Source: Eledone cirrhosa (lineage: Eukaryota). From it: a stretch of DNA of 64,000 bases. The stretch's first letter is position 1; each line of letters begins with the position of its first letter. Shown piece after piece: positions 1 to 11,138 of the stretch. Under the pieces are notes generated by a model. The model saw only the letters and a program-made list of their open reading frames with translations, did not search any database and was not told where the DNA came from. Position numbers and translations under genes: made by a program. Location of the stretch: the NCBI GenBank assembly GCA_964016885.1, contig OZ024742.1, positions 92,814,001 through 92,878,000 on the forward strand, given 5' to 3'.

Positions 1-566
1 AGCCTTGATTGTTCTGTCAGTTTTCACAGGGAAATCCCATAGAATTGTCACATTCTCGCCTCCTGTTATTGCATCTGGGTGATGGTTGTGCCATTTTTCC
101 TTCCGTTTTCAGTCCATAAAACCTGCATATTATTCAGTGTAAATATTGCCCCATTCTATCATGTCTTGTTTTATATTCCTGAGGAGCTAAGACTTTGCAG
201 CCTGAAACAAGGTGGTCAATGGTTTCAACATGCTCATTACAAAACCATCACTTTGGGTTAATTTTATTTATGATCACATTTTGGCTTGAAAGTTGCATGT
301 TGAAAAACACTGATCTTGTGCAGCCAAGAAGAAGCCCTCACTCTCTGCCTTTAGCCCAGAACCCCACAGCCACTAATGGGTGAGAGTTTGATCCACATCA
401 GGTTTCTGCTACAGAGAGTATATTGCCCATGTAAGGATTTTTGTTCCCATTTAGTGCACAGTCTCTGTTAACCTTCATTTTGCCAACATTTTGATGTTCT
501 TTGCAGGATCGCCATCATTTTAAAAGTATATTCCAAACCCATGCTAGCGTGGAAGATGGACGTTAA

Positions 567-613
<47 letters not shown>

Positions 614-2935
614 ATTCCCAATTTTTCCACAAACTTCCTACTTTCTTTACTGACTGAAAGTAACCTCTTCTTCATTTTGTGATCTGCAACCATTTTCATC
701 AACCAGTTATCTGCAGTTTTAAAGTACTGATCAAGTCCAATAATTGAAATTTTGCAAGACAGCTCAAGCTGGATCCTTCATTTTGTCTAGGGAGATAGAG
801 GCGATCCACATCTGCTTTTGGATGATGTATTTTTATTTTATTACAGATCAGAAGTTTTTTGATTTTAGTATCCATTTTCTTTATTTCATTAATATTCCAA
901 TTTGTGATATTGAAACTATAGGTGACAACTGGGATTGCAAGCACATTTATGGCAAATAGTTTATTCCTTGATTTAAGCTTAGTTTTCAAGACAGCACATA
1001 CTCTCCAGTAGCATTTCTTCCTGATTCTCTCTTTTATGTTGGTGTGGTGAATACCTTGGCCTTCATTAATCCCTAGATATCTGCAGGCTTATTCTTGTTC
1101 TATTTTCCTAATTGTTGTATTCACATCTATTTCCTCTGAGTTTGTGCTTGTCATTCTGCCTTTCTTGAATGTTGCTTTAGGACATTTTTCCAATCCAAAC
1201 TCCATCATGCATAATTGCTAGACCTCTTAACTGTCTTCAATATTCCTTCCAATTCACTTTCATTTTTGGCATACAATTTCAAGTCATCCATATAAAGGAG
1301 GTGATTTATGTTTTGCTATCTATTTTGAGCGCTAAAGACAGCAGTGTGAGTGCAATGCAAAATATCAGAGGAGAAAATGAATCACCTTGAAAAATACTAC
1401 AGTTAATACTTATGCTGCTGGAATTTATAGTTCCATCACTGTGTGACAGTGATAGATTTGTATTCCATTCAGACATGTTGAATTTCAGGAAGTTTGATAT
1501 TACTGGGGAAATTTTCAGAACATTTAAAGGTTTCAAAATCCACGAGTGGGGAACAATAAAAGGCTTTTTTTTATAGTGAATCCAATCAGTACCCAAACGT
1601 CTGTGCTTGTTATTCCAGTTTTCCAGAATCATATAGTTGATGCAAAGTTGGTCTTTGCACTTATAAGATCCATGGCAACAATATTTCTGCTCAATAGGAA
1701 AAAGATGATTTTCATCCATAAATTTGTAGGTTGTCACAGTCAAGATTGAGGTGAGAATTTTGTATGATGTGGGAAGTCAAATTATAGGACAATGATTATT
1801 TAGAATATTTGTTTCTATTGATTTTGGCCAGAGATATGTTATGCTTTGTGCAAACCAATCAGGAGTTTTCTCAGGATTTTATATTATTTCATTCTAAAAT
1901 GTTACCAACATATCATGGGTAGGAGTTAAAGAAGATAACAAGAAGTTTGGCACTTCATCAATGCCAGGAGATTTCCATTTGTTGGTGTTCTTCTTCCATT
2001 GTTATGTCTTGCCAAACCTGCCTTTCTAAATTATTGGAGATTCTAAATTGAAGGAGGTTCCTTTACTTGAATTGCCAATGACCCAATTTATCTGTAAAAC
2101 CTTTTTGCATCTGACATAAATAGCTTATTTTTCCTGTAAAACTTGTTTCGCTTTTCATATCTTCTGATTCTTTGAGCTGTTAGCTTTACTTTCTGTTTCA
2201 GGGTTTCTTTGATTGATCTAATATCAGGTTTTGAAGTTACTTTGTATTTCTTAGTCATTTTCCTTCTTTTTCTTAACTTAACAGACTTCCCAGTAAATAT
2301 TTCATCCAAGATCGATATTTCTCCCTTCATCATTTCAATTTCTTTCAACAATTTTATCTTCCAGGGTGGTTTTCTGTCAATGTTGTGACCTGTTTGTTTT
2401 TTGTTTCTGTTACCAATGCTGCTGCATAAATAATCCCATTCAATTGTGATATATCAGGCTCGATCTCTTCAATTATTGCTTTATTAGCCTGATTTCCATT
2501 TCTTATGTGTCTTTTGTTCTAGTTGTTGTTTGTCAATTTTTGCAAGGACTCTCTTTCACACACACACACTAATAATTAAAAAAAAAATTTCCAAGTTCAT
2601 TGAGAATTTCTTGTTTTGTTTGTTCTATTTGATCTTTATGTTCATGAGTAGAAATATGTTTGACCATATTGTCAATCTGTCTTTTAGCTTGACCCTGCTC
2701 TGTTGTGTTTCTCAGACCCTTAATTTTCTGTGAAATCTCTCCTGATAACAACATAGTCAATACATTTCATGGTGTATCTTCTATCACATTCATTTCCACC
2801 TCCTTCTGATATTGGTATTCCCAAATTTTTTTCATCATTCTTCCTAATTTCATATAACTCTGTTAATCTCTTGTTTCTAAGAATATCTCCTTTTGCATTT
2901 GCAAGTTTGTTTTCATCCATGTTTGGTCTCATTAT
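1..2935 (-). mobile_element. Degenerate R4/Dong-clade non-LTR retrotransposon (RT + CCHC + restriction-like endonuclease), running off the left edge
   Basis: Minus-strand fragments give IFQGDSFSPLIFC (1306-1743), HLLYMDDLKLYAKN (~1262-1305), LAIPVVTYSF...HHPKADVDRLYLPR (699-989), the knuckle FCNEHVETIDHLVSGC..RHD (~160-250) and ILWDFPVKTDRTIKA at the edge. Many stops and frameshifts. Confidence 0.85.
533..613 (+). mobile_element. RTE-type 3' tail fragment with (GAT)n, inserted in the R4 element
   Basis: CCAAACCCATGCTAGCGTGGAAGATGGACGTTAAA(TGA)n matches the RTE 3' ends at 23910-23960 and 37550-37610. Confidence 0.75.
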
Positions 2936-2960
2936 AATTGTGTGTGTGTGCACGTGTGGA

Positions 2961-3388
2961 TGTGTGAACTACCAAACAGCAGTAATTCATTGAAGTGTAG
3001 TAGACATGGGACAGCTAACGCCCTGATGGTCAGCAGACTGGTACCTGTGGTCAGAATTATGATGACGTAGACAACCAGCAGCCAATCACAGGACGCGTGA
3101 AGAGGATGAAGTTTTTGACGGTACTGGCCTAGAGGATCAGATACCCGAGTGAGAGAATATGCTCCGAAATCATTAGAAATGTCTGTCGAACCTGCGGGTC
3201 CAGAATCAAACAGATCCACACAATGATCGCGTCTCGAGCTGTCCGTCTGCAAAACAATTGTAACACACAATAAATTGAGTTCAGATGCATCACTGATTTT
3301 TCGTTTTCTATTATATCATACTCTGCTCTGTAAGAGCATAGAGTGCTCAACTGTCATACCACCTATGGAAGCATCTTAGCTACCATCA
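2961..3388 (+). mobile_element. Possible solo LTR-like segment
   Basis: CpG-rich ~430 bp that starts TG and ends CA, with a CCAAT box (~3081) and AATAAA (~3269). No clear TSD. Confidence 0.3.
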
Positions 3389-3913
3389 GACACACACATA
3401 TATATATATATATATATGTATGCTTGTGTATGTGTATATGCATGTATAAATACATGCGCACATACATACATACACACACATATATTTATACATGATAGAA
3501 AGAAACTGTCATAGATCCATACAACTCCAGCATTGGTTCATTGATTACATTCTGAGTATTTGCTTATTGATAAAAATCAATAGTTTATTAGAAATCTATT
3601 GGCCAACTCTGGAACCATGATCCAATACAGATTTGTGTAATGATATAACAGCATGGGGAGATTTTAAAATGAATTATTGCCATCTAGACTTGTGTTATCC
3701 TCAATCCCAAGACTTTTCTGTACAATTAGGAGGTCATATCACCTGAAGAAGTAGCCCCACGAGGGGAAATAGCTGATACTGTTGGTATAATTGCCTGTTC
3801 TCTATGGCAATGCTTTCACCATCATGTTACCATAACACAGCTGAGATGTACTGGCCAGTCAAGAATCTAGAATTTACATCACCTCCACATTTTTCCTCTT
3901 TGTATTTAAATTT

Positions 3914-4150
3914 TTATTCACTTTTTCTTTTTCCCCACCCTTTTAATTTCTTTTCTCCTGTGATGATGAGGATGACCTTGATCTCATGACAGTGCCAAAT
4001 CCTTTTCAGTTCCCACTCTAGATCCTGGTACTGGTAAATTTTCTCCTCTTTTTCTTGCTCTCTTGTGTCAAAGGGGCAAGCTACATTTCTAATCAAGCAA
4101 GATCTGATTTTCTTGTCAAAAACCAGTAGGTCAGGCCAATTGTGTTTTAA
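3914..4150 (-). mobile_element. R4/Dong-like RLE domain fragment
   Basis: KHNWPDLLVFDK..CLIRNVACPFDT..EEKIYQYQDLEWELKRIW matches the PD..D/E-K-Y pattern of restriction-like endonucleases. Confidence 0.7.
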
Positions 4151-4169
4151 TATTTTATCTGTTTTGTTT

Positions 4170-4790
4170 TATCCATCATCATCTCATCATTGTTTTATTC
4201 ATCATCATCATCATCATTGTTTTATTCATCATCATCCTCATCATCATTGTTACCATCACTGTTATTGTCACCATAGCCATCATGACGATTAGCATTGTTA
4301 GCACCATTATCACTAGCACCATCATATCACCACTATTATCATTATGACAATTACCATTGTCTTCAATATCATCTCCAGCATCATCATCATGACCACAACC
4401 ATCACTACTATCATCACAACAGCCATCATCCATCAGCTTACTATCACCATTATAGCCACAACCATCATTATTATTTTCATCATCATCACCACCATCATCA
4501 CTACAACTATCACCACTGCCATAATATTTGATAATCACCATTACCACTGGAACCATTACCATCATCATCATCATCATCACTGTTACAACCATCACCACAA
4601 TCATGACAAGCATCATTATCATCATGATCACCATCATCATCATATCTACAACCATCACCACCATCATCATCACCACAACCATCTTTATCACAGCCATCGA
4701 CACCATCATAATCGCTGTCACAATCTTCACTATAATTATCAACACCATCATCACAATAATAACTATCACCACTGCCTTCATCATCAAGGA
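4170..4790. repeat. Imperfect (CAT/CAC)n low-complexity tract
   Basis: Visible trinucleotide periodicity. It explains the His/Ile/Met-rich ORFs. Confidence 0.9.
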
Positions 4791-5099
4791 AAAAATTGTT
4801 TATATATAAATTTAAGAGGAAAAAGTGAGGTTCCAATATACTGAGTGGGCTACACTGGTTTGATTCAGTGTTGGTTACTTTTCACTATACTGAGACCATA
4901 ACTAAAGAGGGAGAGGGGAAGATTGGTCAGGGGTTGTGGTGTGATGTGGGGGGGGGGGTGTATATGGGGTGGGGGTTACTTGCCTCAAGTTATAGTTATT
5001 TTATTTTGCTCTGTTACTTATAAAATGGGTTTGTTCATTTAAAAGTTTATAGTAACATTACTACTGAACAGATTGTTTTACATTAGCAATATTAGAGTA

Positions 5100-5282
5100 A
5101 ATGTAAAATGCCATTGTAGTATTTGTTACATTCTGACTTCAAATCCTGTTGAGGTCAACTTTGCCTTTCTTCATTCTGGGGTCGATAAAATAAAGTACCA
5201 GTCATGTACTCAGTTGATTTAATCAAAATTTGACCTTACCTTAAATTTGCTGACCTTGTGCCTAAATTACAAATCAATATTA
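5100..5282 (+). mobile_element. tRNA-derived SINE (family B)
   Basis: B-box-like GACTTCAAATCC followed by GAGGTCAACTTTGCCTTTC...GCTGACCTTGTGCC. Homologous to the copies at 40.5, 50.6, 51.3, 52.8 and 55.7 kb. Confidence 0.7.
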
Positions 5283-7089
5283 GTGTAAAGACTTTAATTT
5301 TTAATGTAATGTTGTCATAGTGTTGTTTTATATTTCTCAAGAATGTCTTGTTAATGTGGTTTTATGTGGTACAGGATATTAAGAGTTAATCTAGCTAGCT
5401 TACGTTGCTATCATGTTCAGGAAATGGAAAGTCAGAAAAATCATTTTAAAAGTAATTCAAATGATGGGATTTCTTTTAATAAAGATTGTTGTGTAATACT
5501 ATTTATATTGTGAGGGATTCTTAGGGTTTTAGGGTCAACATGACCAACTAAATACCTTCAATGTAGTGCCTCAGAATAGTCACAGGCAATTGAAATAAAT
5601 AATTGAATAAAAAAATGCATATGTACATTGATTTAGATGTAAACCAAACATATACTGGAAATTCACTTGCTAGGTATATTGAAGGACAGATAGAGCTTGG
5701 TTCTATTAACATCCTGTAATAATTTAGCAGAAAATATGTAAAAGCGGGTTATGTTTATAGTATCTTTACTACTGGACAAGTTCATAATTTTTATCATCAT
5801 CATTAAAATGCTACAAGGGTTGGGTGGACTGTTTCAGATCAAATCAGTACTCAAGTGAAGCTTTGATCTATCAGATGGGCTCAGAACCTGCATATCACTT
5901 ACTCTTTTATGCGTTCCAGCTAACAGGCCATGCTGGGCACCAACATTTACTGACATTCCCATGATCTAGTGAGTGCATTTTAATGTGGCACCAGCACTAT
6001 AATGTTATAAAAATTCTAATTTTCAATATGATGCAGTCCAAATGCTGCTTTATACTTTTCATGGTTTCATGTGATAGAGGGCGTCACAAATTACTCTATC
6101 TTGCTTATGTTGCTATCTAGTTCAGGAAATGGAAAGTCACAGAAAAATCATTTGAAAGGTTATTCAAATGATGGGATTTCATGTAACAGAGAATGTTGTT
6201 AAGCAATGCCATTGATACTATGGATTCTGCTTTATAGTCTATAATAATGGAATGAAGTAACCCATAAGTCTGAACCCTCTTGTCATCTGGATGTGGGTTG
6301 TGTGGGTGATAGATAGAGATTATAGGAAACAGCAGAAATGCATAGTGAGTGATAGCCTTAAAAGGGAAGTTATAGAGAAGTAAATGGTAAGTATATGAAA
6401 CAAAATTGCACACACACCACGCATAAATGCATCTAGCCAGAGTTAGATGATATACAATTATATATAAAACCAAAAACAAAACTACATATATATGCATATT
6501 TATTCATAGCATAGATATTTACACACAGATGATGATGATGATGATGATGAAGATGATGATGATGATGATGATGATGATGAGATGCAACACATATATATGA
6601 GCAAAAGAGCGGAAATGAGGGAGGAAAAGAGTTATAATGCTGTAAGGTATCATTTAGAGCTATCATCCTTTGTGTACAGTCAAATCTTTTACAAGATAAG
6701 ATATTCCTGCAAGGAATCTAGCTAGTTGTTCATAAAGAATGGAAATGATGGAATATGCCTTGGGTTCTTTGGATTTGAAAAGATCTCAAGAATAGTAGGA
6801 ATTAGGATATTTTGGTTCCTGGAGCTGTCTGTTATCTTGATAAATTTGTTTTATAACCCAACATTACTAAACAACAAAATTAAATGTTTTACATCATGGA
6901 AGAGTCATTTTGGCCATTGAAAAAAACAAAACAAAACAAAAAACATACAAAACTATTAATTTCACTTTATATTTATCATTTATTTCTTGGTGTTAAAATG
7001 TAGAACTATTTGCAATCTGGTTATTGATACAATTACACAGCGACCAGGTTGCAAACAATGTGAGAAAAATGTTGGCATAAAAACCCCAA

Positions 7090-7243
7090 TCATCATCATC
7101 TTCGCTTAACGTCCATCATCCACGCTAGCAGGGGTTTAGACGGGAATTGTCCTGCTAGAGGCAAGATTGGTCGGGTGACCATGTCTCGCTCATATAGGAC
7201 TGTCTGGTAGGTTTTCTACGGCTGGATGCCCTTCCTAACACCA
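7090..7243 (-). mobile_element. SINE/RTE 3' tail fragment
   Basis: (CAT)n-AACGTCC...CACGCTAGCA and GGCTGGATGCCCTTCCTAACACCA motifs. Confidence 0.7.
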
Positions 7244-7699
7244 ATGATAATGTAAAATGAAATTAACAGTTTGATGTGTTCTTTTGAATGGCTAAATGGA
7301 CTCTTCCACAATGTATTGTATATACTTGAATATAAGCCGAGGAATATGTGATGCCAAAATGGATGGTAAAATGGAAGTGGGGGAGTCGGCTTATATACAC
7401 CATCTAAACAATGTGGCTTATAAAGGGAATTTGGATCTTTGCCCATTTCTCAGACATGGGATCTGATGCAGTGTGCAATGTTATGAATATGTGATGTACA
7501 TGGAAGATGTCAACTGTAAAAAAAAAAAAAGATAAGATGAGAGTATTGGCAGGAAAGCGTCACTTGCTGAGTAGTTAGTTACTATGGTGATGTATGTAGA
7601 GAGCTATATAGAAGAATACATGATTGCCAGATAGTTTTATACAAAGCTAAATGTGTTTATGTAGTATAAATATATACATATACATACATACAAAAAGAG

Positions 7700-8340
7700 G
7701 AATCAATAATCTGGATACTTAAATGTGGAATGTTACGCGATAGGACCTCCCCACAGCCCTGGCAGACAGGATGGAGAAGGCGTTCCCACGGAGGACGGCA
7801 AGGGAAATGCACTGGAAAAGCCACTCCAACTCGTGGGGTTCAGACCTGCGGCTGGTCAGCTCAGCGCCTATGGTGGTGAGTAGAGAGGTATCCCTAGGGC
7901 CGAGGACACCAGAAGTCTCTGCTGCCAGGGGTACAACCACAAACCTGTTGGAGAGCGACCGGTATTTGAGGAGCTTCGCCTCCTCAGCCCAACGTGCAGC
8001 AGAACCTGGATTAGTCGCAGACTGCACCAGGTTGCGGCTGCAGAAAGTGTCAGTGCAAGTGGCATCCCAGACGAGGGGTTTGCCACCGTGGAACGGGAAG
8101 ATGGTTATGCCATCTGGCCTTTTGCCGTCCCCTCGGTCCAGTCCCACCGGCTCGAGCTGGGAAGGGAAGCCCTCAGCATCCAAGCCATGCTTTATGACCT
8201 CGGTGAGGGCAGCATGGCGTGGAAGGTGGCCGGCACTGTGGCGACAAGAAAGCGGGTGGAGGCCGAAGAGTCCACGGTGGATCTGCAGCGACATTGGTGT
8301 GGCTCGCAGATCTGGAGGCCGAGCCTCAAGGAAACGGTGA
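7700..8340 (-). mobile_element. 5'-truncated CRE-clade non-LTR retrotransposon, C-terminal RLE domain (ORF 7719-8294)
   Basis: HPLSC..RHAAL..LEPVGL..GKRPDG..LVWDATC..AEEAKLLKY..VPLAAETSG is the CRE-type RLE signature. GC-rich island. Confidence 0.85.
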
Positions 8341-8384
8341 TTATATCTATCTTTCGTTAAAAAAAAACTAGTTTGAAACTTATA

Positions 8385-8775
8385 TCATCATCATCATCAT
8401 CATGACCGTTTTACGTCCGTTCTTCCACGCTAGCATGGGTTAGACAGGTTGTCCTGTTGTGGGCAGTGTCCGGTCGGCTGACCTTGTCTTGCTCATATAG
8501 GAACTGATTCTGGCTTGATTTCTACAGCTGGATGCCCTTCCTAACACCAACCTCATTTACAGTGAGTGCTGGGTGCTTTTTTTACCGTGGAACCTCCACG
8601 ACCACTTTGCAGTGGAATGATATGGACCCCAGTCCTATCATCTCATTTCTACAGCTGAGTAAACTGGAGCAATTTGAAATAAAGTGTCTTGCTCAAGGAA
8701 ACAACACATCACCCGGTCTGAGAACTGAACTCACAACCTTTTGATTGCAAGCCCAATGCTTTAACCACTAAGCCA
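8385..8775 (-). mobile_element. Near full-length tRNA-head CORE-like SINE with RTE-type tail (family A)
   Basis: Reverse complement reads TGGCTTAGTGGTTAAAG (A box), GAGTTCAGTTC (B box), CCTTGAGCAAGACACTT..CTCAGCTGTAGAAATG (CORE-like), AAGGGCATCCAGCTGTAGAAA, GGACGTAAAA(TGA)n. Confidence 0.85.
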
Positions 8776-9431
8776 AATATAGAAATGGAAAAATAGGAGG
8801 GTGTTCTTATATTTGAGTATATAAGGTATTTGCTTCAGTTTCAACTTATTCTCCAACTAAATCACTTACCAGACAAATACAACTCCCAAATATGTTTTCA
8901 TACATGCAATTTACTCAGTAAATAGCATTGATCATAGTTACTATCACAGCTTTCTTATATACTTTCCAGTCTCTGGCTCACAGATGTATGTCTTCTCTCA
9001 CTGCTTTTCCTATCATTAATGCAATAGTCTCTGCTCCCCGGAGCTTGCTGAAATCAAGCTACCTTCACTCAAATACTTCCTGTCTCACTTGTCTCTCTTC
9101 CTCACATCGTTCATGTTGTGTCAATCTTCCCACCAGGCACTTATGCATTGTTCTTTCTGCCCAGAATCTTGGCCATCTATAACTCCCTCCCTACTCATGT
9201 ATTTCCTAAAGGAACAATTTAAACAGATTACCAACAGCATCGATTTCCCTAGTCTTAGAGGATCTGCAAAAACCATGGGTCTTGCCCCTTCCTCCAAACA
9301 AACCAAATAAAAAAAAGTAATGTCTTAGAATAATGGTTGTCTCTTGAGATAAATCTTCTCAGTTGTTTAGTTAATTAACTGTAATGCTATCTCATTCAAT
9401 ATGGATGTATTCAGAAGTGGGAACTTCATCT

Positions 9432-9695
9432 TTAACTCTTTTAACACCAACCCACATGAAACCACCCTTGGTTCTATGATACAAAGTTGTTTATTTTAAA
9501 GTGTTTATACATATTTAAAACCCTTCCGTCATAATTTTATGCAAGAACCTTTTTAAAATTATGTTTCAAACATCAGATAAATAATAAGATAGTTAGTTAT
9601 ATTACTAAATCCTTCCCAATTCTTGATTATTTTCAAAATAATTTGAAAATATTAAGCAGTCTCTTTCATTAGAAATATAATAAGGAAAGGATTAA
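9432..9695. mobile_element. piggyBac-like MITE (TTAA-bounded), with partial copies at ~10720-10902, ~51100-51227 and 51261-51680
   Basis: Ends TTAACTCTTT...AAAGGATTAA. Other copies end AAAGGGTTAA or start TTGACCCTTT and share internal AAACACCAGCTTAA / AGAAATATGGTAATGAAA. Confidence 0.55.
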
Positions 9696-10261
9696 CATTG
9701 ACACTATAACATTTCAAAATGAGTTTATTTAGAAGTGAGTGCTTCCTCTTTAACATTGGCATTGTAACATTTCTTACTTGTACTTCCCCCTCATACATGC
9801 TTGTTATGGCTTTGACCCTAAATAGGGTTGGGTGTACCAACAAAAGTATGATGGTATAACCCTTCAAACTGCTCATCTAAAACTTCCTTTATGTGTCTGT
9901 TCTGAGATTTGGCAGCTACTAGTGGTGCTGACCTCTGCATCTGTTAGTATCTTATGGCAAGTCTCTGCTTCCTATTAAGTCCAAGGTAAATCTGTCCTGA
10001 TTGATATTCAGCAGTTTCTTTGGTTGTTTTGCCCACTGTGACTTGACATTCAATGGCAAGGAGTGCTGTTTTGGCACATACTATCCCAAAGTGTGTATGT
10101 TTGTGACTGGAAACTGCTTATGAAAACCCTATCTCCAATGAAATTCGATAATACTACAAGGGTGTTGGCTTCCCTCAAAAGTTTCCACTGACTCTTATGG
10201 TGTGTGACCAATTGATGTGCTTACCGTTGAATTGATGTATTTTCCTCACTTTGATTATATA

Positions 10262-10647
10262 TGTGTAGTGACCTACATTCCGCGGGCTCACATACATTCT
10301 CTGTGCGTGATTTGGCTCAGCTCAGCCAATAAGCGCCAGTAGAAGAGGATGTATCCCTACGCGCCCTGAGGGAGAAATTCCCTGCGAAGATTTGAAGAAT
10401 CTCTCTCTCACACCCGGAACTTCGAACCAGCAAAACGTACATGTCACGATGAGATTTTGCACTTTGGCCTGCCGGCTTTCCTTGGGCCTGGCACAATGGC
10501 ACATTCCCTTTTGTAACCTCATTTTATGTGTAACTTCAACCATACAAGTTAACAAACATTATTTGTGCTACAATAAAAATAAACATACATTTCATCTCTA
10601 ATTTCTGCTGTTGACATCATTATTATGTTACTCGTGTCTCAATAACA
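10262..10647 (+). mobile_element. Possible solo LTR-like segment
   Basis: CpG-enriched ~385 bp with TG...CA ends, CCAAT (~10326) and AATAAA (~10572). No TSD confirmed. Confidence 0.3.
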
Positions 10648-11138
10648 TTTATATACTACGCTGCTAAATAAGTTTGCGTATTATATTTATAAGGTTCCTA
10701 GCAATAATTAATTGATTATATTTATGAACTTCTATTTAATCTCATCATTTTATGTAGGAACCTTTCTGTTTCAAACACCAGCTTAATATTGAGAAATTTA
10801 GTTATATTATTAAACCTCTTCAAATTCTTGATTATTTAAAAAGTTTTTTTGAAAAATATAGACATTGGATTTCATTAGAAATATGGTAATGAAAATGTTA
10901 ATAATAGACTAAAATAATTCAGAGTAAATATGATTGTCAAAGTAAATTCTGCATTCAAACATTGCGATCAAGTGATTAAAGCCATTTTCACCGTCAGAAC
11001 AGGGCTCAGCCACGCAGCTGTCACAACAGGCTTCATACTCAATGTGGATTCATTTTTGAGGCAATTATTTATGGCCAGGGGCTTTTCTGTTGGCAATCCT
11101 TTTAGGTGCTTCTTACAAGCAGGAATATAGTATACCTA

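Larger units (their letters stand above)
7314..8828. mobile_element. Tigger/pogo-like non-autonomous DNA transposon interrupted by a CRE fragment and a SINE
   Basis: Left end TATTGTATATACTTGAATATAAG and right end CTTATATTTGAGTATATAAGGTA form imperfect TIRs with TA termini. Internal GTCGGCTTATA motif. Confidence 0.55.

Noticed and set aside
3735-3790. Hammerhead-like CTGAAGA...GAAATAGCTG motif
   Set aside because: Stem II cannot close next to the core and stem I pairing is unconvincing. At best it is a decayed relic.
4179-4844. His/Met/Ile-rich ORFs (also 57582-58548, 39212-39580 and 24607-24948)
   Set aside because: Translations of microsatellite or low-complexity DNA.
8690-8775. tRNA gene (also ~39490, ~60150 and ~25140)
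   Set aside because: A and B boxes are present, but there is no full cloverleaf and each continues into a SINE body or decays.
10930-11130. 66-aa ORF and the 71-aa ORF at 22916-23131 flanking the 22-bp array, as halves of one gene
   Set aside because: No recognisable homology and no consistent frame or splice link could be established.
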